NCBI RefSeq assembly: GCF_048593235.1
Contig: NC_133622.1
Coordinates: forward strand, 237,243,198-237,307,197
Reading direction: 5' to 3'
Length of the DNA: 64,000 nt
Source: Sminthopsis crassicaudata
Lineage: Eukaryota
Below are positions 23,110-35,844 of this stretch, one piece after another. Each line of letters begins with the position of its first letter. The stretch's first letter is position 1. Both the position numbers and the translations under genes were made by a program. The notes below the pieces were generated by a model. The model ran no database searches. It was not told where the DNA came from and saw nothing but the letters and a program-made list of their open reading frames with translations.

Positions 23110-26100
23110 TCTTTTTTGTTTTCTTTTATTTTCTTTTTTTATTTTTATCACCTTGCTTTATGAATTATATTGGGAGAGAAAAATTAGAACAATATGGAAG
23201 AAAACCATGAAAGAGATAAAAAAAAAACAGAAAAAAGAGGTGAAAAGAGTATGTGTTGATTTACTATTAATGTTCCTTATTTCTTTTGCTGGGTTCAGAT
23301 GGCATTTTCTGAATTGCTTTGAAGCACTGAACCACTGAGAAGATTGAAGTCTTTCATAGTGGATCTTTGCACATTCTTGCTGTTATTGTATATAATGTAT
23401 TCTTGGTTCTGCTGGTTTCACTCAGTATTAATTTGTGTAAGTCCTTCTAGGCTTTCTAACATTGGCTTGTTCATCACTTTGTATAGAATAATAATATTCC
23501 ATTACTTACATATATCACAAGTTGTCCAGCCATTCCCCAGTGGATGCATTTCTACTCACTTACTGATTGTTTACTCCCCCCCAAAAAAAAAAAAAGAGCT
23601 GCTACAACCAGTTTTGCATGTGTGGGACTTTTTCCTCCTTTATGATTTCCATGGAGTAGTTATCTAGTAATGGAACTGCTGAGTGAAAGGATATGCACAT
23701 TGTTATATTCCTTTGGGCATAATTCCAAATTGTTTTATAAATTGGTTGAATCACTTCACAACTCCTCCAACAATGCATTAGTGATCCACCTCCAATACTT
23801 ATCATCTTTTCCTGTTATCTTAGTTAAACTGAGAGGTATGAGGTGGCACTTTAGAGTTGTTTTCCTTTGCTTTTTAGAGAAATGCAACTAATTATTATTG
23901 TTTTAGAGCATTTTTTTTCATATAAGTATAGCGGGCTTTAAATTTGTCATTTGAATATTGTTCATATCCTCTGTAAATTGAGGAATGGCATTTATTCTGA
24001 TAAATTTGACACAATTCTTTTTACATTTTAGAAATAAGTTCTTTTAAAAAACCCTAGCTGTTAAGTATTTTCCCCAGCTCTTTAGTTACCTTTTAATTTT
24101 TTTCTGTTTCTTTTTGTTTGTGCATTTTTAATTTAATGTAAAGTTGTCCATTTTGTCTTGTACAATGTTCTCTATTTCTTATTTGTTCATAACTTCTCCC
24201 TTCTTTAAAGATCTGATAAGTACATTACCTCTTGTTCTCCTAATGGTTTAAGGCTTCATCATTTATACCCAAATCATGTACCCATTTTGACCTTATTTTG
24301 GTGTAGGGTGCACAGTGTAGGTCTATGCTGAGTTCCTGACTTATTATTTTCTAGTTTTCCCAGCAATTTTTGTCAAACAGTGAGTTCTCATTATAGAAGC
24401 TGGTGTTTAAGGGTTTATCAAACACTTGATTCCTATAGTAATTTTATTCATGTGTTCTGTACATCTAATCTATTTCACTGATCTGGCACTATATTTTTTA
24501 GCCAGCACCAAAAGGATTTGATGGTGTTGTTGTATGATATGGTTTTAGGTTTGGTTCTGCTAAGCTACCATCCTTCATATTTTTTTTCCATTAATACCCT
24601 TAATATCCTTGATTTTTGCTCTTCCAGATGAATCTTGTTATTATTTTTTCTATCTAGAAAATAATGTTTTGGCAGTTTGATGGATATTGCAGTGAACAAA
24701 TAAGTCGATTTAGGTAGATTTGCCATTTGTATCATATTAGCTCAGCCTACCAATGAGCAATATATATTTTTTCCAGTTGTGTACTTCTGACTTAACTGTG
24801 TGCAAAGAATTTTCTAATTATGTTCATATAGTTCTTAAATGTGTCTTGACAGGTAGACACCCACCTATCTTATTTGGACAATAGGAATTCCAAATCGAAT
24901 TTCTCTTGTATCTCTATCTGGTGGGCTTTGTCAGTAATATATAGAAAAGCTGATGATTTGTTCGTTTATTTTATATTCTACAACTCTGCTAAAGTTGCAA
25001 ATTGTTTCCATTAGATTTTTGGATGCTGTTATTGGATTCCAAACAAAAGTTTGCCTATTTTATTGAATTTTTAAAATAAAATCAACTCTTAGTTTCATTT
25101 ATGAGTTCTCTAGTTTTTTAGTTTCTTTTTTATTAATTTAGCCTTGGAGTTTCAGAATTTCTAATTTGGTATTTAATTGGGGTTTTTTAATTTGTTCTTT
25201 TTCTAGAGGTTTTAGGTACATATCCAATTCTTTGATCTTCTCTTTATGTTTTATTCAGGTACTAATTATTAATACAAAATTTCCTCTAAACACTTCTTGG
25301 GCTACATCCCATAGTTTCAGGTCTGTTGCCTCATTATTGTCATTGTCTCAGATAAAATTGAGGATTGTTTCTGTGATTTGTTGTGTGACCCATCATTATT
25401 TTGAATTAGATTATGTAAATTCTCATCCATTTTTAGTCTATCTTTCTCTGCCCTTTTATAGAATATAATTTTTATTGTATTGTGTTTGTAAAGCAAACCT
25501 TTTCTGTTTCTTCCTTTTCAGATTTATATGTCCTAATACATGGTGCATAATGGCCCTAATACATGGTCAATCTTTTGTAGGTACCATATAGTACCAAGAA
25601 AAAACTTGAATTCCTTTGATGTCTCTATTCAATTTTGACTATAGATCTATCATATCTATTAATGTGCCTGGTTTCTTTCTCATTGTTTATTTTGTGGTTC
25701 GATTTGCATGATTCTGAGAGGAGAAGTTGTCTATTTCTTTGTATAACTGCCTTAATATCTTCTCTAGATATCTGAATTCTCTACCACTTGGTGCATATAC
25801 ATTAAATATCATTAATTCTTCATTGTTAATGAACCCTTTATCAAGAGGTACTTTCCTTTCTTATCTTTTAGTTATATATGTTTTTACTTTTCCTTTATTT
25901 GAGATCAGAGTTCCTAGGGCTACTTTTTTTTATTTCCGTTGAAGTACTATAATAAATTCTATTTCAGCCTTAAACTTTACTCTGTATCTCTCTGTCAAAT
26001 GTGTTTNNNNNNNNNNNNNNNNNNNNNNNNNNNNNNNNNNNNNNNNNNNNNNNNNNNNNNNNNNNNNNNNNNNNNNNNNNNNNNNNNNNNNNNNNNNNNN

Positions 26101-26600
26101 NNNNNNNNNNNNNNNNNNNNNNNNNNNNNNNNNNNNNNNNNNNNNNAAGTGTCTGAGATCAAATTTGAACTTGGGTACTCCTGAATTCAAGGCTGGTGTT
26201 CTATCCACTGTGCCACCTAGCTGCCCCCTCATTCTCTTTTTTAATCCACTCTAGTGTTTCTTCAGTTTCATGAGAAAGTTCATGCCATTCACAGTTGTGA
26301 TTACTAGCTCTGTGTTTCCCCTCATCCTATTTTTGCCTCTTTCTATAGTTTTATTTTCTCTTTGGACCCTGTTCTTAGTATCATTTTTTGCAACTATTAC
26401 ATCCCTGCCTTATCTCCTATCACTCTTCCCCTCTTGTCTTAGTTTTTTTTCAACTAACCCTGCCTAATATTTTATCTATTACTCTCTTCCCTTCTCTTCC
26501 CTTTCTTCCCTCTTGTTTCTGTCCTCTATTCTATGCAACCCCTCCCTTTTCTTCTTTCTTTCGCTTCCTTATTTATAGGTTTCTTTATCCAGCTGAATGA
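23110..26600 (-). mobile_element. Old degenerate LINE-1 including 3' UTR, unit 3
   Basis: ORF 23602-23805 (MHCWRSCEVIQPIYKTIWNYAQR) resembles the L1 ORF2 C-terminal Cys-rich region; T-rich 3' end at about 23110. Confidence 0.85.
26147..26228 (-). mobile_element. tRNA-derived CORE-SINE 5' end, unit 3 copy
   Basis: Identical to 13919-14000. Confidence 0.85.
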
Positions 26601-26630
26601 TTAAATTATTCCCTCTTAAAACCAAAAGTG

Positions 26631-27008
26631 GAACAGGGAAATGACTATGAACCACCACATAGAATTCCCAATACCCCTATTTTTGTCCACTTGCATTTTT
26701 GATTTCCTTCACAGGCTAATGGTACACTATTTTAATGTCCGATTCTTTTTGTACAGCAAAATAACTGTTTGGACATGTATACATATGTTGTATATAATTT
26801 ATACTTTAACATATGTAACATGTTTTGGTCAACCTGCTATCTGGGAGAGGGGGGTTGGGGGAAAGAGGGGAAAAATTGGAACAAAAGGCTTGGAAATTAT
26901 CAGTGTTGTAAAATTACCCATGCATATATCTTGCAAATAAAAAAAAACTATAATAGTAATAAAAATAATAAAATATATATTAAACAAACAAATCAAGCAA
27001 CAAACAAA
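26631..27008 (+). mobile_element. LINE-1 3'-end insertion, unit 3 copy
   Basis: Copy of 14413-14790. Confidence 0.82.
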
Positions 27009-27268
27009 CAAAAGTGATGAGATCAAGCTTCAGATAATGCTAATCCCCTTCCTTCTTTTCCATTGGTTTTAATAATTCTTTTGTGCCTGTTCATGTCATC
27101 TAATTTGTTCCATTACATCTCCCTGTCCTCTTTTAGTAAAGACCTTTTCCATCCATTAATATCTTTCTTTGATGTCACATCAGAGTCCATTCAGAAGTAT
27201 ACCTTCTGTCCATGTAATTTCCACACTGTCTGCTCTAGAAATAGATACAGTTCTCAAGAGTTACAGAT

Positions 27269-27535
27269 ATCACCAACATAATCCAACAGCAAGAGATACA
27301 AAGAGAAATTCCATTCAAAATAATGGTCGATAGTATAAAATATTTGGGAATATATCTACCAAAGGAGAGTCAGGAATTATATGAGCAAAATTACAAAACA
27401 CTTGCCACAAAAATAAAGTCAGATTTAAATAATTGGAAAGACATTCAGTGCTCTTGGATAGGCCGAGCGAATATAATTAAGATGACAATACTCCCCAAAC
27501 TAATCTATTTATTTAGTGCTATACCAATCAGACTC
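27269..27535 (+). mobile_element. Duplicate of the internal LINE-1 ORF2 fragment
   Basis: Essentially identical to 15051-15317 with the same junctions. Confidence 0.92.
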
Positions 27536-28289
27536 CTGTTCTATGATTGTTTTCTCCTCTTTTATTTGAAATTGCATCATAACATCCTTCAAAAATACAA
27601 GTGTTTTTTATTTTCCTAAATCCACCAATTCATCATCATTTGCTACGACATAGCAATCTTCCAAAACTATGCAATATAGTTTTTTAAATACTCTAAAGCA
27701 ATATTGATCAATCATTTAGAGTAATTTTCTGATTTTTCCTTTTTCATAAATCTATTTATGCTTTAACTTTGAGATCAATGATCACTTACCCTTGCTTTTC
27801 TCCTAATAAATTATACTCTTAATCATTATTTTTCTTTGTTTGTGCCTCTTATTTTTTATCACTCTGAATTCTTCTCCTTTCCTTCTACCTTGTATCTTGA
27901 TTTACTCTACCTTCTCCCACTCACATTTTCCCTTGCTGTTGATCCAATTTCTGTTAATATACACACTTGTCTATACTATTCCACTCCATGTTATCTTATT
28001 CTCTCTCCTTCTTTATAAATTAAAAATATATATATATCTTTTAGATACACACACACACAAATGATATATTCTTCGTTCTTTAACCTATTCCTACTGGAAT
28101 AAAGAAGCCTCCCTTATCTATATACTATGTAACATTTTTTTCTAGCACGTCCTTCATATAACATAAGTACTTTTAAAAAACCTTTTTTTCCTAAAAGGTT
28201 TTTTAGAAACACATCATATATAAGCCTCCCTTCAAGCTTTCCTCCTTTCTAAGAAGCCATGTGTTTGTTTGCCTGTATGAATATTTGTG

Positions 28290-28343
<54 letters not shown>

Positions 28344-28345
28344 TA
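28290..28345. repeat. (TA)n(TG)n microsatellite
   Basis: Directly visible; the paralogous position in unit 2 (16041-16175) is an N-run. Confidence 0.95.
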
Positions 28346-30594
28346 TTTGTTTGTATATGTGAATAGACCTGTATGCATATATGTATGTGTGTACTGAATA
28401 TGGGAAACTGCTTTGATTTTCTATTTATTTTTTATAATTGTCTTAGCTCCTAGTTCAAGTATGAATGGATTGAAATGGGTGAATGGGAACCTAAATTGTG
28501 GCCAATTAAACAGAGAAAATATTTTCTAAGTTCAAAAGGGGTACATAAAGAATACACCACAGTTACATTTCATGAGTTTGATCTAGTTCTTGGATTGCCT
28601 CTTAGGGGCATAATCAGATTTTTGGGAAACCACACAATAATTGGGCTCTCTACTGTCATTTGCTTCTCACCAGGTTCTGAGACAGTAGGAGAAAAATCTT
28701 AGGTTAACTTTGTAATCTCCTATCTACTGTGAGTGTCTCCTTACTCAGGAGAGGCTTAACTGTGGTAATCATTTTTAGGTGATGAATGATGACTATTCCA
28801 TGAGAGAGGGGGCCTTTCCCTGTACAATTATTTCCCATTGCAAGTTTGGCTTTTACTTTTTTGCTCTGGTTCCTAAACACTGAGATTATTTGTTAAATGC
28901 AAAATATCTAGCTTGATCATCTAAGGAATGTTACTAAAATATTTAAGATCCTTATTTCCTATGATTAGAGATGCCAAAACTTTAGACTTTGTCAGGAAGT
29001 AATTTTTAAATTCATTGGATGAAAATATAACAAGGACAATTCTTATTGGCAGCAGATTTACTACTGAACCTCTCAGCCAGTCATTCTCTTGATTTTTTGG
29101 CTCCTTTCTAGCCAGGGAATATTAAGGAAATGGCCCTTCTCTCCTCCCCAAGTAGAAAGAATGGGGTGTCTATCACAGATTCGTGGGTTGTCAGGACTCT
29201 CAGGGACAGAATCTTTGCCATATGCGCAGCAGAACAAAGAAGATTCAAAATATGAAACAATATAATTTTTTAAAAAGCTTATAGAATAAATTCTATGTAT
29301 TATATTCAGGGGGATCATCTTTTCTTTGCTATATTGTAGGTTTTTCTGCTCTTTGTGCATTTTTTATTTTCTTCTCTGCAAGCTTTCCTACCCCTCCATG
29401 TACTCCAAGCGATCTACAATTAAGCAAAGATATGTTCATATATATACACATATACATGCATATATATAGACATATATAGGTACACATCGATATAAATAGA
29501 TCCTTATTTTCATAGACATAAATGCATTCGTAGACATTTTTGTAATGCCATTCTAAGCTTGTTTGTCCTGTCTCTGAACACGGTGAACATCATCCTTTAT
29601 AAATCCGACACTTTTCATATTTTTCTAAATCCACCAAGATATCATTTTGCTACAACTTAGCCTTATATTTTCTAGCTATTTTCAGCAAGCTAAAACAATA
29701 TAAGTCAATATAGTTGACCTATAGCACAAGTTCCTGATTTTTCTCTTTTGAATAAACCTGTTTTAGCTTTATTTGTGACTGAAATTAATTCTCACTTTTT
29801 GGTAATAAATTCTGCTGATCATTATTATGTTTGTTTGCAGCTCTTATTTTCTTTCACTGCTGACAGCTCTGCTTTATTTCTACCAGCTTTTTTGCCTTGT
29901 TACTACTTTAACAATCTTCCCTCCAAGTGTCACTCCCTTTTTCTCTTACTCCCACTCTGTCCCTCATTCTTTATCCAATTTGCATAGTCTACACACCTTA
30001 TATCATGCCCATCTATGTCCTCCATCCTATTCCTTGCTCCTCTTATTTCTTTATAAATTTAAATACTTTTTTATACTCTTCTGGATATATTTCGTTCCCT
30101 CTAACCAATTTTTCCTGTGAATAGAATTCCAGTACTACTAGCTCTCTTCCCCACATAATTCCTCTAGGCCAGAGGAGTTTACAATTCATACTGGCCAAAC
30201 ATCCACTCTGATACATACATGNNNNNNNNNNNNNNNNNNNNNNNNNNNNNNNNNNNNNNNNNNNNNNNNNNNNNNNNNNNNNNNNNNNNNNNNNNNNNNN
30301 NNNNNNNNNNNNNNNNNNNNNNNNNNNNNNNNNNNNNNNNNNNNNNNNNNNNNNNNNNNNNNNNNNNNNNNNNNNNNNNNNNNNNNNNGTTGTGAGGAGT
30401 GCCACAGAGTTCTGCTCCCAGTCTTGAATGTTTTTTCATGCTCTACATTCACTCTGAGCTACTCTAGTTTGTGCAAGAAATCAGGAGAACTTGGAACTTT
30501 TTGAATTACTATGCCACCTTCCCAGAATCCTCTGTACATATTGTGTATGGATAGACATTACATGATAATGGAGATTCAGTAACTTTTCAAATGC

Positions 30595-31491
30595 TTAACA
30601 AGCACAAGAATTGGGGACCTGCTTATTAATGCTGACGAGAATAAATGGGCTGACTGTTGGATAACAAAGAGAGAGAAGCGCTGAGGTATGTATCATCCAC
30701 ATGTTTATGGATTTAAAATACAACATACAGATTATACAAATGGGACTGAATGTATTAAAGAAAAAAAAGGTGGCCACTAGAAGCAGGATAGCTTGGGTTG
30801 CCCTTGTTTCAGGGGATATTTTTGTGGAGGTGCTCTTACTATGTATGTGATTAACATTTCTCCTGTGTCTATATAGGATTAAGACCATATGGACACTAGA
30901 AGCAGTCATGAGACCTGCAAAGAAAGCATCATGGACAAATATTATAATTTCAAATTTTATATGATTATTATTATACACATCTAGAGTTCCATACCCAGTG
31001 CTGCATCCATCTTTACTGACTGTGCTGTTCTTTGGACTATCATGGCGTAGAAATATAAGCATATCGAATATTAGATGGAAGATCCAGCATAGAACAGTGC
31101 ATCTAATGATGCTCTTTGGTCCTTTAATTTTCACTTGTGCCCATAAAGAGTTGTTGGGACTAATAGTAATGGCCTGGAAGACACTCAAGAGGCAGGTGCT
31201 GTTTAAGGAGAGACCCCGGGTTAGTATCTGCATATATGTTATGATTTTAATCCCAGTCCTGTCCAGGACACATTTTACCTTCCAAAGCCTTGTTATGGTA
31301 GTTATTCCTCTAAAGAGAAGTACCATGGCATTGGAAAAGGCTAACTGGATGATAATTACATTTTTGGGTCTTACTGTATGAGCAGTCAGGAAATTAAAGT
31401 TGTTTAGGAGGAGGAGAGTTAAGTTCCCCAGGAATCCAATTCCGGTTAGTTGCAGGTAGGCTATCCCCAGAATTTCATCCAAGGTCAGCAT
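30595..31491 (-). CDS. VN1R: Vomeronasal type-1 receptor (V1R), copy 3, 298 aa, intact
   Basis: Same V1R motifs; 13 amino-acid differences from copy 2 by manual comparison. Confidence 0.97.
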   Translation of the reverse strand: MLTLDEILGIAYLQLTGIGFLGNLTLLLLNNFNFLTAHTVRPKNVIIIQLAFSNAMVLLFRGITTITRLWKVKCVLDRTGIKIITYMQILTRGLSLNSTCLLSVFQAITISPNNSLWAQVKIKGPKSIIRCTVLCWIFHLIFDMLIFLRHDSPKNSTVSKDGCSTGYGTLDVYNNNHIKFEIIIFVHDAFFAGLMTASSVHMVLILYRHRRNVNHIHSKSTSTKISPETRATQAILLLVATFFFFNTFSPICIICMLYFKSINMWMIHTSALLSLCYPTVSPFILVSINKQVPNSCAC

Positions 31492-34121
31492 TTTTTACCT
31501 CATGAAGATGATTTGCTGCCAATCTCGAGGAGACCTATGGGTAAAAATATGAAAATATGCTAATGACATACTGTGATTTGCCCACTGAAATTCCATGATT
31601 TCCAGTATAAATATGCAGTGTAAATGATTTCCAGAGTGATAAGATTTACCCAAAGAATCATGAACAGCAAGAAGGAGAATAAGAATCTCAACCCTTGTTG
31701 TCTAACTCTGAAGTCTTTTTTCCAGTTCAGTTTGGTGCTGCTTGGATAATATTGTTGTTCCCGGAGGGCAGAGCACTTCTTCAGCCCCATACAAAGCATT
31801 ATTTTTAATGTAAGAAGAAACTAAATCATATGTATTATAAAACTCCACCAGGATTGGGGAACATGCTGAGGTTGGAGAAAATACCTTAAGACCATCTTAT
31901 TTAGGAGGAAGAAATGAAGATTCAAAGAACTCTCAGTTTGCACATCAGTGTTGATTTCTGAAATGGCAGACTCTGCATTTGGGGACAGGGACAGGAGAGC
32001 CCACATCCTCAAGCAGTGCTGTTTGCATCATTTTATTTTGTCCCATTATCTCAAAGGAGAGAAGCATGTTGGGCCACATTAAGGAAAGGTAATGGATCAG
32101 AACAGGGAAAAGGTGAGAATAGGAGCCAAGGATCTTTACTGTGGTAGTGCTTTCCCAATCCAGTGAGAAATTGCAGATTCTGAACATGCCAGGTTAAGTC
32201 ATTAGAGAGGAGGCATTTCCTGTGCTCATTAACAGATCTCGGTTTATATGCCAAACGTGCTCAAGACAGAGACAGAAGAAGGAACACTATCTCCTTCCCA
32301 TCTTCTTCCAATGTAACCAATGCCTGCCCTATATGTACCTAGGGATACTTTTTGGACAAAATATTTCAGCGTCAGAATTTCTTGTCCATTAATTTCATAC
32401 TGACCTTTGACTCAGTTAAGGTCGAAATTTCTTAAGCAATTGTCACAACCCCATTTGGTTCCTGGTAGCTGAATGTTGGTGTCATGAAATTATGAATTGT
32501 TATCAGTGAATGTTGGATTTTATACTTAATTTTTATACCTCCATATATGGATATGCATTGAAATTTCTCAGGTGAAAGATTAAAAGTGGGAACCATTTAA
32601 GAAGCCCTGCCTTAAGTGAAGCCCAGAGCAGGAAGGGTTGAGAAATATTCAGCCAGCACTGGAGCAGGTTCAATGCCAGTTCTAGATGGCATTTGATGCC
32701 TTATTCCTTTTTTTGTGATGGGAAGTGTTATTTTTTGGATTACTGCATAAAGATAAAGGAATATTAGGTTGATTTTCCTTGAATCACTCAGTCTCTTACA
32801 CTTTTCCTTGTAACTATGCCCTGGCTTGCCCAGCTTCCTTCAGATCTTAGCCAAAGTCTTATAATTTTCTGAAGCATATGCCAGTTAGCCATTATCTAAA
32901 CATCTCTTTTATGTATATCATGTGCCTCCTCCTCTGTCCTTCTTTCTCTCTAGTGTCTCTGTCTCTTTCTCTTTCTGCCTCTTCCCTGCATTTGCAGGTT
33001 TTTGCATGTTCAGGATCCCGTAATCTTTGAACTTCTTGAAGCAGGCAGTGCTTTTGCCTTTCTTTACCTCCTCTCACTCACCACTGGGACGGGACCATTG
33101 CTACTTTGCTTTTTGAGTGGCTGACTTTCACTTAGCTCATTCAGTAAGATTTTAAGCTAGGCAGTTGAGCATCTAATCATTGATTCTCTTCTGTTGTAGA
33201 GATCTCTGTCTCAGGTCCTGAGGCACAGTCACTTACCTGGTCGGTCTTTGTCAATACAGCAGAAAGCAGAACAGCAGCAATTCGTGTTGAAGCAGGAAAA
33301 CATGCCTGTCTGACTGTGTGGGTCTCATATAGGGAATGGTCAGGGATGCAGTTATTATGCTGGCTGTGTCTGAGCTCATCTTTCCATCAGGGCTGCAATT
33401 ATCATGTCATCTGCAGAGAAATGGTGCTGTTTGCCTGGGTTAACTGGGACCCATTTTTAGAAAATGAACTTTTATCCCAAGTGTTTACATTATTTAGATT
33501 ATTGATTGCTTAAAGTCTCTAGTGTAGCATCAATGAGCAGGTGGGGAGAAGGGAAGCAATGGAGGCCTGTCAAGTGACTCACAGGAAGATGCAATAAGAA
33601 CATGTGAGCCAGAGCATTGTGCCCCTGATTGATGTTCAGCTCTGGTTATAGATACGTCTCTCTTTTATAATTGATACCATTGGGTCTGTCTTTTAGGACT
33701 GTCCCAATAAGCTCCCAATTTTCTATTCTGTCTAATTGAAAAGAAATTAAAAGTCTAGTGTAGCCCCAGAAAAAATGAGGGCTAATTCAACATTAGGAAC
33801 TAATGATCACCTCTGGTCAAAATTACCTCAACTTCCATCTCTTACAGAAAAGGAGGATCAATATTTGGAACAAAACTCATGGAATACCCTGTGATTTGAG
33901 GGCTTAGGTCAGAACATCACACTTCTTTTCTCAAATTCTTTTCCTATGTGAGCAGACTTAAACTTCTATATATTTCCCCCCTCTAGTCTGCTCTTATTGG
34001 GACAGAAGTGTGATGTTCTGACCCACCTCCTCATTCCACAGGGTAATTCATTTGTTCCAAGTGTTGGTCTTCCTTTTCTGTAGAGGATAGAAGACCTAAC
34101 TTTTAATTCTACAATTTCTTT

Positions 34122-35432
34122 TTTTCAATTAATTTTATAATTATAATTTTTGACTGTACATATGCATGGGTACTTTTTCACATTATCCCTTGTACTCACT
34201 TCTTAACCGAATTTTCCCCTCTCTTCCTCTACACCCTCCTGTAGATAACCGGCAATGTTAAATGTGTTACAGTATATCTTAGATATAATATATATGTGCA
34301 AAACTGAATTTCTTGTTGCATGCTAAGAATGGGATTCAGAAGGTAAAAGTAAACTGGGTAGAAAGACAATAGTGTCAACAGTTTACAATTAATTCCCAGT
34401 ATTCCTTCTCTGGGTATAGCTGATTTTGTCCATCATTGATCAATTGGAACTGAATTAGACCTTCTCTATGTTGAAGATATCCACTTCAATCAGAATACAT
34501 CCTCATACAGTATTGTTGTTGAAATGTATAATGATCTCCTAGTTCTGCTCATTTCACTCAGCATCAGTTCATGAAAGTCTCTCCAAACCTCTCTGTATTC
34601 ATCCTACTGGTCATTTCTAACAGAGCAATAATATTCCATAACCTTCAGATACTATAATTTACCCAGCCATTCTCCAATTGATGGGCATCCTTTCTTTTTA
34701 CAGTCTCTAGCCACTGCAAAAAGAGCTGCCACAAACATTTTGGCACATACAGGTCCCTTTCCCTTCTTTAGTATTTCTTTGTGATATAAGCCCAGTAGTA
34801 GCACTGCTGGATCAAAGGGTATGCACAGTTTGATAACTTTTTGGGCCTAGTTCTAAATTGCTCTCCAGAATGGTTGTATTCTTTCACAACTCTACCAACA
34901 ATGCATCAGTGTCTCAATTTTCCCACAGCCCCTCCAACAGTCATCATTATTTTTTCCCGTCATGTTACCCAATCTTACAGGTATGTATTGTTATTTCATA
35001 GTTGTCTTAATTTTCATTTCTCTGATTAATAGTGATTTGGAACACTCTTTTATATGAATGGAAATAGTTTCAATTTCATCATCTGAAAATTGTCTGTTTA
35101 TATCCTTTGACCATTTATCAATTGGAGAATGGTTTGATTTCTTATAAATTAGAATCAGTTCTCTATATATTTTGGAAATGAAGCCTTTATAAGAACCTTT
35201 AACTGTAAAAATATTTTCCCAATTTGTTACTTCACTTCTAATCTTGTTTGCATTAGTTTTGTTTGTACAATAGCTTTTTAATTTGATGTAATCAAAATTT
35301 TCTATTTTGTGATCAATAATGATCTCTAGTTCTCCTTTGGTCACAAATTCCTTTGTCCTCCACAAGTCTGAGAGGTAAACTATCCTATGTTCTTCTAATC
35401 TATTTATGATCTCATTCTTTATGCCCAAATCA
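34122..35432 (-). mobile_element. Duplicated copy of the younger 5'-truncated LINE-1 with 14-bp TSD
   Basis: TSD at 34108-34121 and 35433-35446; ORF 34991-35482 peptide identical to 22254-22745. Confidence 0.95.
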
Positions 35433-35734
35433 TCTACAATTTCTTTATTACCAGCACCTACTTTTCTTCCCCACCTCACCACATAATGAGCCTAACCTTC
35501 ATTTTGGAATGATAAATAACTACTTGTCTTCCATGTACAGGAACAGTGATATTCCTTGCTGATCTAAGTTTCTAATATTCTATTTATCCTTGCCTCTTAT
35601 TCTTTCTCAATCAAATATATTAATTCCTACTATGTATCAGACATTGGGTTCACATATGGTGATGATGACCAAAATGAAAATGAAATTTCTGTTCTCAAAT
35701 ATTTTGGGTTTTTTTGGTAAAGTGTAAGAGTTTA

Positions 35735-35802
<68 letters not shown>

Positions 35803-35844
35803 CATATATATGTATCTGTGTGTATATATAACACAATTACAAAA

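Larger units (their letters stand above)
13330..23595 (+). repeat. Segmental duplication unit 2 (B type); direct copy at about 25600-36330
   Basis: Matching peptides at about +12.2 to +12.7 kb (13482/25727, 15105/27323, 17905/30595, 22254/34991); shared SINE, L1 filler and young L1. Confidence 0.95.
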
